64,000 nt of DNA from Hyalangium minutum (GTDB lineage Bacteria; Myxococcota; Myxococcia; Myxococcales; Myxococcaceae). Shown one piece after another: positions 1 to 10,548 of the stretch (positions within the stretch are counted from its first letter, which is position 1; each line of letters opens with the position of its first letter). The stretch covers positions 124,001 through 188,000 of the forward strand of contig NZ_JMCB01000015.1 in NCBI RefSeq assembly GCF_000737315.1, in the 5' to 3' direction. The translations under genes and the position numbers were made by a program. Under the pieces are notes generated by a model that saw only the letters and a program-made list of their open reading frames with translations, was not told the origin of the DNA and ran no database searches.

Positions 1-2
1 GC

Positions 3-1181
3 TCCTCGGAGCCTGCTCCGGCCGCCCCTGCGTCCGAAGCCCCCGCGGACACTTCCGCATCCACCCCCGCGCCCGCGCCCTCGCCAGTGGCCCCGGCTCC
101 CTCCGCGAAGAACGACGCCCCGCCGCCTCCGGCCCCGCTCCCTGTTTGCAACTCCGAGGGCAGCGCTCCGCTGGAGGCGGCCCAGCGCTACTACGACGAG
201 GAGCGTTACGAGGAAGCGCTCTCCTGCGCCGCCCAGGCTGCCGCTCTGGAGCCGGACAGCGCCGAGGCCCACGCCGAGCGCGGTATGGCCCTCTCCGCGC
301 TGAACCGGGTGCCCGAGGCCCAGCTGGCCTTCGCCCACGCGCTCGCCATCAACCCGGACGAGCCCGAGGCCTTGCTGGGCGCCGCGCACCTGTACGCCGT
401 GAACCTGTCCTCCTCTCGCGAGCATGACGAGCTGGGGCTGCTCTACTCCGAGCGCGGCCTGTCCAGGCCCGGCCAGCCGCCCGAGGTGGTGGTGCAGTTC
501 GCCCTCATCTCCGCCATGGCCTTCAATGACTTGGGCCAGTCCTCCGAGGCCTTGAACCGCGCCTCCATCGTGCTGGCGCGGGAGCCCCACAACCGCGAGG
601 CCATCTACGAGCGGGCCCTGGCCCTCTTCGAGCTGTGCCGCTTCTCCGAGGCGAAGGAGGCCTTCTCGGCGCTGCAGCGCGATCCGGAGCACGGGGCGCA
701 CGCGCACCACCACCTGGCGCTGCTGCTGGAGCGCGAGGGCAAGTGGAAGCAGGCCCAGCAGCACTTCGACAAGGCCCGCGAGATGTCCCCGGAGGACTTC
801 CCCCCGCCGCCGCTGCCCACCGAGGAAGCCTTCCGCAAGTCGGTGGCGGACGCCGTAGCGGCGCTGCCCGAGGACATGCGCAAGGACTTGGAGGGAATCC
901 CCGTTACCGCCGAGGAGCTGCCTGCCGAGGCGGACCTGCTCTCCGGCGCGCCTCCATTGTCGCCCACCATCCTGGGCCTGTTCCGAGGCCCCTCGCTGGG
1001 CGAGCCGTGTGACGGGACGGAGACGCCGTGCCGCTCGGTGGTGCTCTACCGCCGGAACCTGGCGCGTGCGGTGCGCACCCCGGAGGAGCTCCAGGAGCAG
1101 ATCCAGGTGACGCTGCTGCACGAGGTGGGGCACCTTCGCGGCGAGGACGATCAGGAACTGGCCGCGCGCGGCCTGGAGTGA
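3..1181 (+). CDS. TPR-repeat protein with C-terminal zincin-like metallopeptidase domain (5'-truncated by window edge)
   Basis: The frame is open from position 3 (Pro/Ala-rich linker). It has TPR-like helical repeats and ends in a minimal zincin domain with TLLHEVGH (HExxH). Confidence 0.8.
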   Translation, partial: SSEPAPAAPASEAPADTSASTPAPAPSPVAPAPSAKNDAPPPPAPLPVCNSEGSAPLEAAQRYYDEERYEEALSCAAQAAALEPDSAEAHAERGMALSALNRVPEAQLAFAHALAINPDEPEALLGAAHLYAVNLSSSREHDELGLLYSERGLSRPGQPPEVVVQFALISAMAFNDLGQSSEALNRASIVLAREPHNREAIYERALALFELCRFSEAKEAFSALQRDPEHGAHAHHHLALLLEREGKWKQAQQHFDKAREMSPEDFPPPPLPTEEAFRKSVADAVAALPEDMRKDLEGIPVTAEELPAEADLLSGAPPLSPTILGLFRGPSLGEPCDGTETPCRSVVLYRRNLARAVRTPEELQEQIQVTLLHEVGHLRGEDDQELAARGLE

Positions 1182-1189
1182 ATCCCTTT

Positions 1190-2374
1190 ATGGCCCCCAA
1201 AGCCCTGCCCACTGCCCGCGTCAGCCCGAAGGGCGCCAAGAGCCTGCGCCGAGGCAACCCCTGGCTCTACCGCACCGAGCTCGCCGAGCCCCCTGCCACG
1301 GACGCGCGTGGCGCGGTGGTGGCGGTGGTGGACGCGCAAGGCAACCCGATTGGCCAAGCCTTCTACGCCCAGCGCTCGCCGCTGGCGCTGCGCCTGCTCA
1401 CCCGCCGCCCGCACGCCGAGGAGCCGGTGGACGAGGCCTTCCTCCGCCGCCGCCTGGAGGCGGCCCTGGCCCGCCGCGCGCCGCTCAAGCACCGCGACGG
1501 CCTGCGCCTGGTGCACGGCGAGGCGGATCTGCTCCCGGGCCTCTTCGTGGACCGCTATGGCGCGGGGCTCTCGCTGCAGACGCTCTCGGAGGGCATGGAC
1601 GCCCGCAAGGAGCTCGTGGCGAAGATGTTGGTGGAGCTCACCGGGGCCACGCACGTGGTGTGCCGGGACGACGCCTCGGGCCGGGACTTCGAGGGCCTGA
1701 AGCGCGAGGTGACGCTGCTGCACGGCGCGGGCGAGGCGCGCTTCACCTACCACGAGGGCGAGAACCGCTTCGAGGTGGATCTGCTTGGCGACATGAAGAC
1801 GGGGGCGTTCCTGGATCAGGTGGACAACCACCTGCGCGCCGGAGAGCTGGCCCGAGGCGAGGCGTTGGACCTGTTCAGCTACCACGGTGGGTTCGCGCTG
1901 GCGCTCAGCCGCACGTGCGACACGGTGCTGGCGGTGGAGCAGGACGCGAAGGCGGCCGAGCGCGCCCGGGAGAACGCCGCGCGCAACGGGCGCTCGCACG
2001 TGACGGTGGAGACGGGCAACGCGTTCGACGTGCTGCGGCGCTTCGCGGACTCCGGGCGCCGCTTCGACACGGTGGTGTTGGATCCGCCGGGGCTGGCCAA
2101 GCGCCGCGAGGGCCTGGCCACGGCGCTGCGCGCCTACCACGAGCTGAACCTGCGCGCCCTCAAGTGCCTCAAGCCTGAGGGGCTGCTCGTCACCTGCTCG
2201 TGCTCCGGCAAGCTCACGCGCGAGGCCTTCGAGGAGATGGTCATCTCCGCCGCCGAGGACGCGCGCCGCCCCGTGCAAATCCTGGAGCGGCGCGGCGCCG
2301 GGCTGGATCACCCGGTGCTCGCGGGGCTGCCGGAGACGGAGTACCTCAAGGCGCTTTACGTTCGAGCCCTTTGA
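1190..2374 (+). CDS. Class I SAM-dependent RNA methyltransferase, RlmI-like (PUA domain + m5C MTase)
   Basis: ATG at 1190. N-terminal PUA-like GNPWLYRTE, then LDLFSYHGGF (SAM binding), FDTVVLDPP and LVTCSCS motifs typical of RlmI/RlmK. Confidence 0.85.
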   Translation: MAPKALPTARVSPKGAKSLRRGNPWLYRTELAEPPATDARGAVVAVVDAQGNPIGQAFYAQRSPLALRLLTRRPHAEEPVDEAFLRRRLEAALARRAPLKHRDGLRLVHGEADLLPGLFVDRYGAGLSLQTLSEGMDARKELVAKMLVELTGATHVVCRDDASGRDFEGLKREVTLLHGAGEARFTYHEGENRFEVDLLGDMKTGAFLDQVDNHLRAGELARGEALDLFSYHGGFALALSRTCDTVLAVEQDAKAAERARENAARNGRSHVTVETGNAFDVLRRFADSGRRFDTVVLDPPGLAKRREGLATALRAYHELNLRALKCLKPEGLLVTCSCSGKLTREAFEEMVISAAEDARRPVQILERRGAGLDHPVLAGLPETEYLKALYVRAL

Positions 2375-4214
2375 GAATCACTTCAAAGGTGGAGCCCTGT
2401 CCGGGCTGGCTCTGCACGCGGATGGTGCCGCCCAGCGCGTCGACGATCTGCTTGCAGATCCACAGCCCCACGCCGAACCCGCTGTAGTTGCGGCCGGGCA
2501 CGGCGCGCTCGAAGCGCTCGAAGATGCGGGTCTGGTCCTCCAGGGGGATGCCGATGCCCTGGTCATGCACGGCCAGCACCACCTGGGAGCCTTCGGCGCG
2601 GGCGTTGACGACGATGGGCTTGCCGTTGCCGTACTTGAGGGCGTTGCTCAGCAGGTTGGAGAGCACCTGATCCAGCCGGGCCCGGTCCCACATGCCCAGC
2701 AGCGGTCCGGTGGCGTGCACCGTGAGCGAGGTACCCGCCCGGTCCACCTCGTCCGCCATCCGGTCGCGCACCTCGCGCACGAGCTCCACCAGATCGACTT
2801 CCTCCATGCGGAGGGCCAGCTTGCCGGCGGTGATGCGCGACAAGTCCAGCAAGTCGGTGACGAGCGACTCCAGGCGCTGGACCTGGCGGGCCACGGCGTC
2901 GGCCTTGGCGGCCAGATGGGGCCGCTCCTCCTCGCTCAGGGCGGGGCGGGCCAGCTTGCGCTGCAGGGACTGAATCTGCAGCTTCATGGCGGACAGGGGC
3001 GTGCGCAGCTCGTGCGCGGCCACGGAGAGGAACTCGTCGCGCTGGGCCACGGCCTGCTGGGCGCGGGTGTAGAGCCGGGAGCGCTCCAGGGCCTGGGCGC
3101 TCTGGGCCACCATGTTGGACATGAGCTTGCGCTCTTCCGCGTCGAAGGTCCGGGGTGTGGAGAAGCGCACCCACAGCACGCCGAGCACCTCGTTGCGGAC
3201 CTTGAGGGGCAGCGCGGCGGCGCCCTCGTAGCCGGCCGCCACGGCAATCTCTCGCAGGTGGGGGTAAGCGGCGCTGTAGCGCTCCAGGTCCTCGAAGAAG
3301 AGCTCCCGGCCCTCGCGGAAGGCCTTGGCCACGGGGTTGTCCGCGAGCACGGGCAGGCTCTGGAAGCGCTTGACCAGCACGGAGTGGGTGCCCACGTGGG
3401 AGACGATCTCCAGGTGGGTGCGCGCCTCGTTGGGCAGCACGAGCGAGCCCGCGGCGGCCTCCATGGAGCCCAGGGCCAGGTGGGCGACGATGTCCGCCAC
3501 CTCCTCGGGCGTGGCGGCCCCGGAGAGCGCCGCGGTGACTTCCTGCAGCCGGGCAGTGCGCAGGGCGGCCTCGCCCAGCCGGCCGCGATCCGTGTTCAGC
3601 TCGTTGTGGAGCCGCGCGCTGTCCATTGCCAGGGCCGCGCAGTCGGCAATGGCCTCGATCAGCTCTCGGTCCGCCTGGGTGTAGGGCAGGCTGCCGGGAT
3701 CCTTCGCCAGCCAGAGTGCGCCGTGGACGCGGCTCTTGCCCGCAAGGGGCACCACCAGCAGGCTCCGCACGCCCACGTTGTCGAGGTAGGGCACGTGCTC
3801 GGGCAGCACGACGCTGCGCACGTACATGGGATCGGCGTCCTGCAGGTAGATGGCCTTGCCCGAGGCGAGCGCCTTGCCTACGAACCCCTCGCCCTCGTGC
3901 AGCGGGCGCTCATGGTTGATCTGCTCCATCACCGCTTGTCGCTCGGGGAGCCGGTGGCGGATGGTGACAGCCTCCAGCCTGGAGTCGTCCGCTGCCAGGT
4001 AGATGGCGCAGCCATCCCCCAGCGTCTCCACGACATGGCGGGCTACGGCATCCAGGATGACTTCGATGTCGGGCTTGGCTTCGGCCAACTGGCGGGACAG
4101 CTCCACCAGGATGCGCAGCCGCGCGGCGGCCTCTGTGCCGGAATGTCCTAGCGTGGGAACACCTCTCTCCGAAGCATCATAGGGGCTGGACAGGAGGTGT
4201 GTGCCTGACGGCAT
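2346..4214 (-). CDS. GAF-GAF sensor histidine kinase
   Basis: Two GAF domains, H-box AAHELRTPL, N-box NLLSNALKY, G1 DQGIGI and G2 GFGVGLWIC. The true start may be slightly downstream of 4214. Confidence 0.9.
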   Translation of the reverse strand: MPSGTHLLSSPYDASERGVPTLGHSGTEAAARLRILVELSRQLAEAKPDIEVILDAVARHVVETLGDGCAIYLAADDSRLEAVTIRHRLPERQAVMEQINHERPLHEGEGFVGKALASGKAIYLQDADPMYVRSVVLPEHVPYLDNVGVRSLLVVPLAGKSRVHGALWLAKDPGSLPYTQADRELIEAIADCAALAMDSARLHNELNTDRGRLGEAALRTARLQEVTAALSGAATPEEVADIVAHLALGSMEAAAGSLVLPNEARTHLEIVSHVGTHSVLVKRFQSLPVLADNPVAKAFREGRELFFEDLERYSAAYPHLREIAVAAGYEGAAALPLKVRNEVLGVLWVRFSTPRTFDAEERKLMSNMVAQSAQALERSRLYTRAQQAVAQRDEFLSVAAHELRTPLSAMKLQIQSLQRKLARPALSEEERPHLAAKADAVARQVQRLESLVTDLLDLSRITAGKLALRMEEVDLVELVREVRDRMADEVDRAGTSLTVHATGPLLGMWDRARLDQVLSNLLSNALKYGNGKPIVVNARAEGSQVVLAVHDQGIGIPLEDQTRIFERFERAVPGRNYSGFGVGLWICKQIVDALGGTIRVQSQPGQGSTFEVILKGLERKAP

Positions 4215-4332
4215 TGCACACTCACGGGTGGAAGAGCCCTTAGGCTTACAAAATTGTCACGAGTGGACAAGAAGAGGTGAGAGGGACGTCCACTGGTGGA
4301 ACCCCCACGCCGCGGCCCTCGGTACAGCCGGA

Positions 4333-4791
4333 TCAGGCGCGCGGGCGCACTGCCTTTACATCGCGCTCGGCGGTCCGCACGGTGCTCTTGCCGGCCTTGG
4401 GCTTCTCGGGCTGGGCGGCCTGGGCGGTGCGGCTCGGGCTGGCCACCAGAGCGGGGGACAGGGAGAACCCCGCGTGCTCCCGCTCGGAGCGGGACACGGT
4501 GTAGACCTCGGCTCCACTCGGCGTGACGTGGACGGCGAACGTGTGCGTCTCCCCGCCGCGCAGCCGCAGCGTCACCTGGCTGACGCCGGGGTGCTTGGCG
4601 CGGATCTCCACGCCGTTCTTCAGGGTGGCCACTTCCACCACGGAGGAGTCCGTCAGCTCCACCTTGCTGCCCTTGCTCGGGAAGCCGAGGAACGTCGTCT
4701 GCCCCACCCACAGCGCCAGCGGAGCCGCTCCCGAAGCCGTAGCGAAGAGGGCCACCGCGACCACCATCAGCTTTCCGGCGTTGCTCAGCAT
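4333..4791 (-). CDS. Small secreted protein with pilus/secretin N-terminal-like (T2SS-T3SS_pil_N) domain
   Basis: Signal peptide, then DSSVVEVATL...GVEIRAKHPGVSQVTL, resembling the RcpA/CpaC N-terminal beta domain. GGGAGA SD precedes the ATG at 4791. Confidence 0.6.
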   Translation of the reverse strand: MLSNAGKLMVVAVALFATASGAAPLALWVGQTTFLGFPSKGSKVELTDSSVVEVATLKNGVEIRAKHPGVSQVTLRLRGGETHTFAVHVTPSGAEVYTVSRSEREHAGFSLSPALVASPSRTAQAAQPEKPKAGKSTVRTAERDVKAVRPRA

Positions 4792-4897
4792 GGTCATCTC
4801 CCAGGCGCTTTTGTGGGCGCGCACCTGAATTATCTGACATGTAGGCAAGGAGTTGCGTCGTGCTGTAATTCCAGGAGTTTCAGGGGGTTACAGACAC

Positions 4898-4927
4898 AAA
4901 AAAGGGCCACCCTGGGGAGGGTGGCCC
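4898..4927 (-). terminator. Rho-independent terminator of ahcY
   Basis: Perfect 10-bp stem GGGCCACCCT/AGGGTGGCCC with a 4-nt loop, followed by U6 on the minus strand. Confidence 0.9.
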
Positions 4928-4956
4928 GAATTTCGGCCCGAATTCAGGCGGGCGGC

Positions 4957-6372
<1,416 letters not shown>

Positions 6373-6449
6373 GGTTGCTCCTGTGTCCGGGGCTGGAGGA
6401 GCGGAGGGCGGGCTCTGGGGCTCGCCTCCCGTGCCTGCAGCCACGAGTC

Positions 6450-6508
6450 AGCGAGCGCCGTTGCAGAACCTGAGCCTGGCGGGGAACCCCGTTGCAGCGC
6501 TCCTCAGG
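6450..6508 (-). ncRNA. SAH riboswitch (cis-regulatory RNA) in the ahcY 5' UTR
   Basis: The minus strand reads CCUGAGGAGCGCUGCAACGGGGUUCCCCGCCAGGCUCAGG-UUCUG-CAACGGCGCUCGC. This matches the recalled SAH riboswitch consensus (GAGGAGCGCUGC..CAGGCUC..CAACGGCGCUC) and lies about 80 nt upstream of ahcY. Confidence 0.9.
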
Positions 6509-6580
6509 TGGGCGACACCCTAACGGAGGAGGGGCTCTGTTTTCCAGAGGGACGGCGGGGTGGGGTGACTGGGTGCCCGC

Positions 6581-7687
6581 CTACATGCCATCCAGCAGGC
6601 CGAGCCGGTCCTTGAGGCGCAAGACGCGGCGGACGGCGGCGTCCAGCTGGGCGGCCATGGGGGGCTCGGACTGGGCCAGCTTCATGAGGATGCCGAAGTA
6701 GTCCAGGCCGCCGGTCCAGTCAGGGGGCTCGGTGGTGAGGATGAGATCGTTCCCGGCGCGGAAGGCGAGGCGGACCACTTCCTCGCGCTCGGCGCCGATC
6801 TGCTCGGCGAGGGCGCGGATGGCCACGTCATCGGTGACGGTGATCCACCCGCTCTCATGGGCGAGGGCGACGAGCGCGGGCTCGAGGATGGCGGGCTTGG
6901 AGCCGAACTGGGAGTAGACGACGTTGGACATCATGACGCCGCCGAGGAAGGGCGAGGCGGAGCCGAACACGGAGGCCTCGGCGCGGACGCGGGCCTCATC
7001 CCAGTCCACGGTGGCGCGCTCGTGGTCCGAGTCGGAGTCGAGATCGCCATAGCCGGGGAAGTGCTTGCCGATGGCGGCCACGCCGGACTTGGCGAGGCCG
7101 CGGGCGAAGGCGGAGGCCTTCTTCTTCACCACCTCGGGGTCGCCGGAGAACGCGCGGCCATTGCGGAACATGTGGCCGGAGGGGGCGACGTCGAACACAG
7201 GGGCGAGGTTCATGTTGAGGCCGACCTCGAGCATGGCCTTGCCGACGCGGACGCCCCAGGCCTCCACCTCTTTCTCCTCCAGGTTGGCGAGCTCTCTCGC
7301 GAGCGGGAGCGCCTGGAGGGAGGGGTGGCGGTTGAGGCGGTTGAAGCTGCCGCCCTCGATGTCGACGGCGAAGAAGGGAGGGATGCGAGCGCGCTGGCGA
7401 GAGGAGCGGATGCGCTCCTTGGCCGCATCGATCTTCCGGAGGGTGGCTCCCACGAAGAGCACACCGCCGACTTCGGTGGCACCTTCTTTGCTGATCTGCG
7501 GATAGGCGAGGAGCAACTGGCCGACCTTGTCGCGCAGGGAGAGCGACTGGAGGACGCGCTCAACGCGGGCCTCATCGGGAGTGCGTTCGGCAAAGGCCTT
7601 GTTCTTGGGGGCCTTCGCGGCGGCGTCGCCGAAGGCACAGAGCAGGAAAAACAGGGGCACGAGCGATGAACGAAGGGCGCCACGCAT
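6581..7687 (-). CDS. Secreted single-domain glycoside hydrolase family 3 (NagZ-like beta-N-acetylhexosaminidase)
   Basis: Signal peptide, VDIEGGSFNR, NMNLAPVFDV, KHFPGYG and nucleophile region TDDV. The real start is 7687; the ORF-track upstream extension overlaps the CAP gene. Confidence 0.8.
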   Translation of the reverse strand: MRGALRSSLVPLFFLLCAFGDAAAKAPKNKAFAERTPDEARVERVLQSLSLRDKVGQLLLAYPQISKEGATEVGGVLFVGATLRKIDAAKERIRSSRQRARIPPFFAVDIEGGSFNRLNRHPSLQALPLARELANLEEKEVEAWGVRVGKAMLEVGLNMNLAPVFDVAPSGHMFRNGRAFSGDPEVVKKKASAFARGLAKSGVAAIGKHFPGYGDLDSDSDHERATVDWDEARVRAEASVFGSASPFLGGVMMSNVVYSQFGSKPAILEPALVALAHESGWITVTDDVAIRALAEQIGAEREEVVRLAFRAGNDLILTTEPPDWTGGLDYFGILMKLAQSEPPMAAQLDAAVRRVLRLKDRLGLLDGM

Positions 7688-7832
7688 AGGAACCGCAGTC
7701 TTCCACAAACCCCGCGCGAGACCCTCTGGCACAGAGATGAGACGGGGCTTTGACGCCGCCTCCCTCGCCGTGCAATCACCCGGGCACAAAGTCCCGGATA
7801 ATAAGTCAAACCCGAAAGAAGGAGGCCGACGA

Positions 7833-8444
7833 ATGAACTGGACCCGTGGAGTGGCCCTGGTGGCCGGAGCAGTGCTGGTTGCTGGCTGTGGAGCAGAGGA
7901 GTTGGCGGCTGGGGAGGAGGGCGAGCTGGGCGAGGCGGTGCAGGTGCAGCGCGAGCAGTCCTCGGTGGAGCGGGAGCTCACGGCGCTGGCGTACTGCGAT
8001 GACGTGGCGACGTGGCCCACGGCGTACACGGATCTCGAGAACCAGGTGCTGACGCTGGTGAACCAGAAGCGCGCGGCGGGGGCCACGTGTGGCGGGGTGT
8101 ACAATCCGCCGGTGGCGGCGCTGACGCTGGACACGAAGCTGCGCTGTGCGGCGCGCAAGCACTCGAAGGACATGGGGGACAAGAACTTCTTCAGCCACAC
8201 GGGCTCGAACGGCTCCACGCCGTGGCAGCGCATCACCTCAGCGGGCTACAGCTATACGGGGGCGGGGGAGAACATCGCAGCCGGGCACGCCACGGCGCTC
8301 GCCGTGGTGAACGGCTGGATGGCCAGCACGGGGCACTGCACCAACATCATGAATGGTACCTTCAAGCACCTGGGCGTGGGGTACTACCCGCGCTCGGGCA
8401 GCACCTACACGCATTACTGGACGCAGGACTTCGGTAAGCCGTAG
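7833..8444 (+). CDS. CAP/SCP-domain lipoprotein
   Basis: AAGGAGG SD and lipobox LVAGC. CAP motifs ARKHSKDM, FFSHTGS, GENIAAG, WMASTGHCTNI and YWTQDFG. Confidence 0.9.
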   Translation: MNWTRGVALVAGAVLVAGCGAEELAAGEEGELGEAVQVQREQSSVERELTALAYCDDVATWPTAYTDLENQVLTLVNQKRAAGATCGGVYNPPVAALTLDTKLRCAARKHSKDMGDKNFFSHTGSNGSTPWQRITSAGYSYTGAGENIAAGHATALAVVNGWMASTGHCTNIMNGTFKHLGVGYYPRSGSTYTHYWTQDFGKP

Positions 8445-8468
8445 GCCGCACCTGCTCTAGGAGCCTCC

Positions 8469-9095
8469 ATGGAACTCTATTTCTGTCCGATGACCTGTTC
8501 GCTCGCGACGCGCATCGCGCTGTACGAGCTCGACGAGCCCGCGACGTTCCACATGGTGAACGTCGTCACCAAGAAGATGGCGGACGGCGGGGACTACTTC
8601 CAGATCAACCCAAAGGGGCAGGTGCCGGCGCTGCGCACGCGCGAGGGCGTGCTGCTCACCGAGGGCCCGGCGGTGCTCCAGTACGTGGCGGATCTGAAGC
8701 CGGAGCGGGGACTGGCGCCGAAGGCGGGGACGCTCGAGCGCTATCAGCTCCAGCAGTGGCTGAACTACATCAGCACCGAGGTCCACAAGCAGATCTTCTA
8801 TACGATCTTCTCGCCGCAATGGCCGGCCGAGGCCAAGGTGTTCGTGCGCGAGCAGGTGGCGCCCGCGAAGTACGACTTCCTGTCGAAGCACCTGGACGGC
8901 CGCGAATTCCTGCTCGACACAGGCTTCACCGTGGCGGACGCCTACCTGGTGACGACGCTGAACTGGTGCGGGGCGGCGGGCATCGATCTGGGGCGCTGGC
9001 CGGTGATGAAGGCGTACCTCGACCGGATGAAGGCTCGCCCGGCCGTGGGGCGCGCCATCACCGAGGAGCGGGCGCTCCGAGAGAAGATGGCCTGA
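8469..9095 (+). CDS. Glutathione S-transferase (beta-class-like)
   Basis: MELYFCPMTCSL (Cys10), INPKGQVPAL, LTEGPAVLQY and FTVADAYL. Confidence 0.92.
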   Translation: MELYFCPMTCSLATRIALYELDEPATFHMVNVVTKKMADGGDYFQINPKGQVPALRTREGVLLTEGPAVLQYVADLKPERGLAPKAGTLERYQLQQWLNYISTEVHKQIFYTIFSPQWPAEAKVFVREQVAPAKYDFLSKHLDGREFLLDTGFTVADAYLVTTLNWCGAAGIDLGRWPVMKAYLDRMKARPAVGRAITEERALREKMA

Positions 9096-10014
9096 GCTCC
9101 TCGGCTACCCAGTACACGGGGAGCAGGAAGGTGACGTCCAGGTCCAGCCCCGGCACGTCGGCGGTGAGCTGGAGCTCCCAGAGGCAGCGGTAGGAGTTGC
9201 TGAGATCGGTGGAGTGCCCGGGCTCCATCGCGGGCACCTTCAGGACGAAGGAAATGCTGTCCGGGCTCTCCTGCTCCTCGGCCTCGATGCGCAGGGCGTC
9301 CATGTACTCGCGATCGCGGACCGTCTCGGTCGATTTGTTCTTACCCGAGCCCCGCGTGACCCTCCGCTCGCGCACCCGCCGAAGCACAGCGCGCACGTTC
9401 GAGAGCTTCTCCCGGCCGCGGGGCAGGAGCAGCTCCGCCTCGGTCTCTGTGTCTGGCAGCAGCGGGAACTGCGACAGGCGCAGGCGGGTCCGTCCGTAGC
9501 GCAGCAGGGCCAGCAGCGCGGTGAAGGTCGGGATGACGGCCTTCCGAACGATGACCACGTCGAGCCCAAGGATGAACGCGCCAAAGAGGAGGGGCACGGC
9601 AGTTGGTACATCCTCTGCGAACGCGAGCGAGGCGACGGCACCGTTGAAGAAGAGCAGGAAGGGGGCCAGGAAGGCCAGGCCCAGCAGGTCTCGGGTGACG
9701 GTGGTGAGCTGCTGATCCACCAGCTCGGCCTTGGGGGGGAACTCCCAGAGCCAGGCCTGGTGCGGAAACTCCCGGGAGAGGCGGTTCAGCCGCACCCAGC
9801 GCACCGCTCTCACCAGCCCCACCAGCACGCCCACCAGCGCTCCGACGAAGAGCGCGTGGACGAGCACATGCAGCACCCCGCGCCGCTCCTGCAGGAGGAA
9901 ATCGTCGAAGACCACCAGCCGCGACAGGACCAGCGTGACGACGAGGCCGCCCAGCGTGGGGATAAGCCACTTGGGAGGAGGCCCCGCGGGGGTGGGTTGA
10001 GCCGAGGCGCTCAT
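9058..10014 (-). CDS. Hypothetical multi-pass membrane protein with C-terminal beta-sandwich-like domain
   Basis: About 4 hydrophobic segments. The ATG overlaps the stop of the upstream Cys-rich gene (TGATG). Confidence 0.7.
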   Translation of the reverse strand: MSASAQPTPAGPPPKWLIPTLGGLVVTLVLSRLVVFDDFLLQERRGVLHVLVHALFVGALVGVLVGLVRAVRWVRLNRLSREFPHQAWLWEFPPKAELVDQQLTTVTRDLLGLAFLAPFLLFFNGAVASLAFAEDVPTAVPLLFGAFILGLDVVIVRKAVIPTFTALLALLRYGRTRLRLSQFPLLPDTETEAELLLPRGREKLSNVRAVLRRVRERRVTRGSGKNKSTETVRDREYMDALRIEAEEQESPDSISFVLKVPAMEPGHSTDLSNSYRCLWELQLTADVPGLDLDVTFLLPVYWVAEELRPSSLGAPAPR

Positions 10015-10511
10015 CAGGAGACGCCCAGTTCTTTGCGCAGCCGGCCGACCACCTTGAAGTACTCCGTCCTCGAGAAGGGCACGTTGAGGATGTGGAAGTC
10101 CTTCTTCGAGAGGCCCACGCAGCCAAAGCAGTAGTTGCAGTCCTGCAGGTTCTTGCAGAGGAGCAGGTAGGCGCTGCCGGTGCAGTTCTCGCACTGCACG
10201 CAGTAGGCGCACGCGTGGCAGCTCTTGGAGTCCACGCAGTGCGAGCAGTTGTTGCACAGCTCGCAGCGCACGCAGTGGGTGCAGTGGTAGCAGCTGTCGC
10301 AGTCCTTGCAGAACATGCAGTTGGCGCAGCGCTGACAGCCCTCGCACGAGTACGAGCCGGGGTTACCCGGGTCTGCGGCGAACCCCTTGGCCAGCTTCTG
10401 GAACTGGTCCATGAACTCCCGCTTGCCCAGTGCCGCCACCGCCTCTCGCGCGGCCTTTTCCTCGGAGATCGACTCCGGCGTGGGGGCGGCGCGCGTTCCT
10501 TTCTCCTTCAC
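10014..10511 (-). CDS. Cys-rich protein with 3-residue-periodic CxxCxx repeats (the family often mis-named 'caib/baif family')
   Basis: 22 Cys, most spaced exactly 3 apart, ending in CNYCFGCVGL. GTG start with a GGAG SD. Confidence 0.75.
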   Translation of the reverse strand: MKEKGTRAAPTPESISEEKAAREAVAALGKREFMDQFQKLAKGFAADPGNPGSYSCEGCQRCANCMFCKDCDSCYHCTHCVRCELCNNCSHCVDSKSCHACAYCVQCENCTGSAYLLLCKNLQDCNYCFGCVGLSKKDFHILNVPFSRTEYFKVVGRLRKELGVS

Positions 10512-10548
10512 TCGGGCAACTCCTTCCGTGTTCGAGTCACACGGGGAC

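Noticed and set aside
6373-6444. ORF-track N-terminal extension of AhcY
   Set aside because: It runs up to the riboswitch. A good SD precedes the ATG at 6372.
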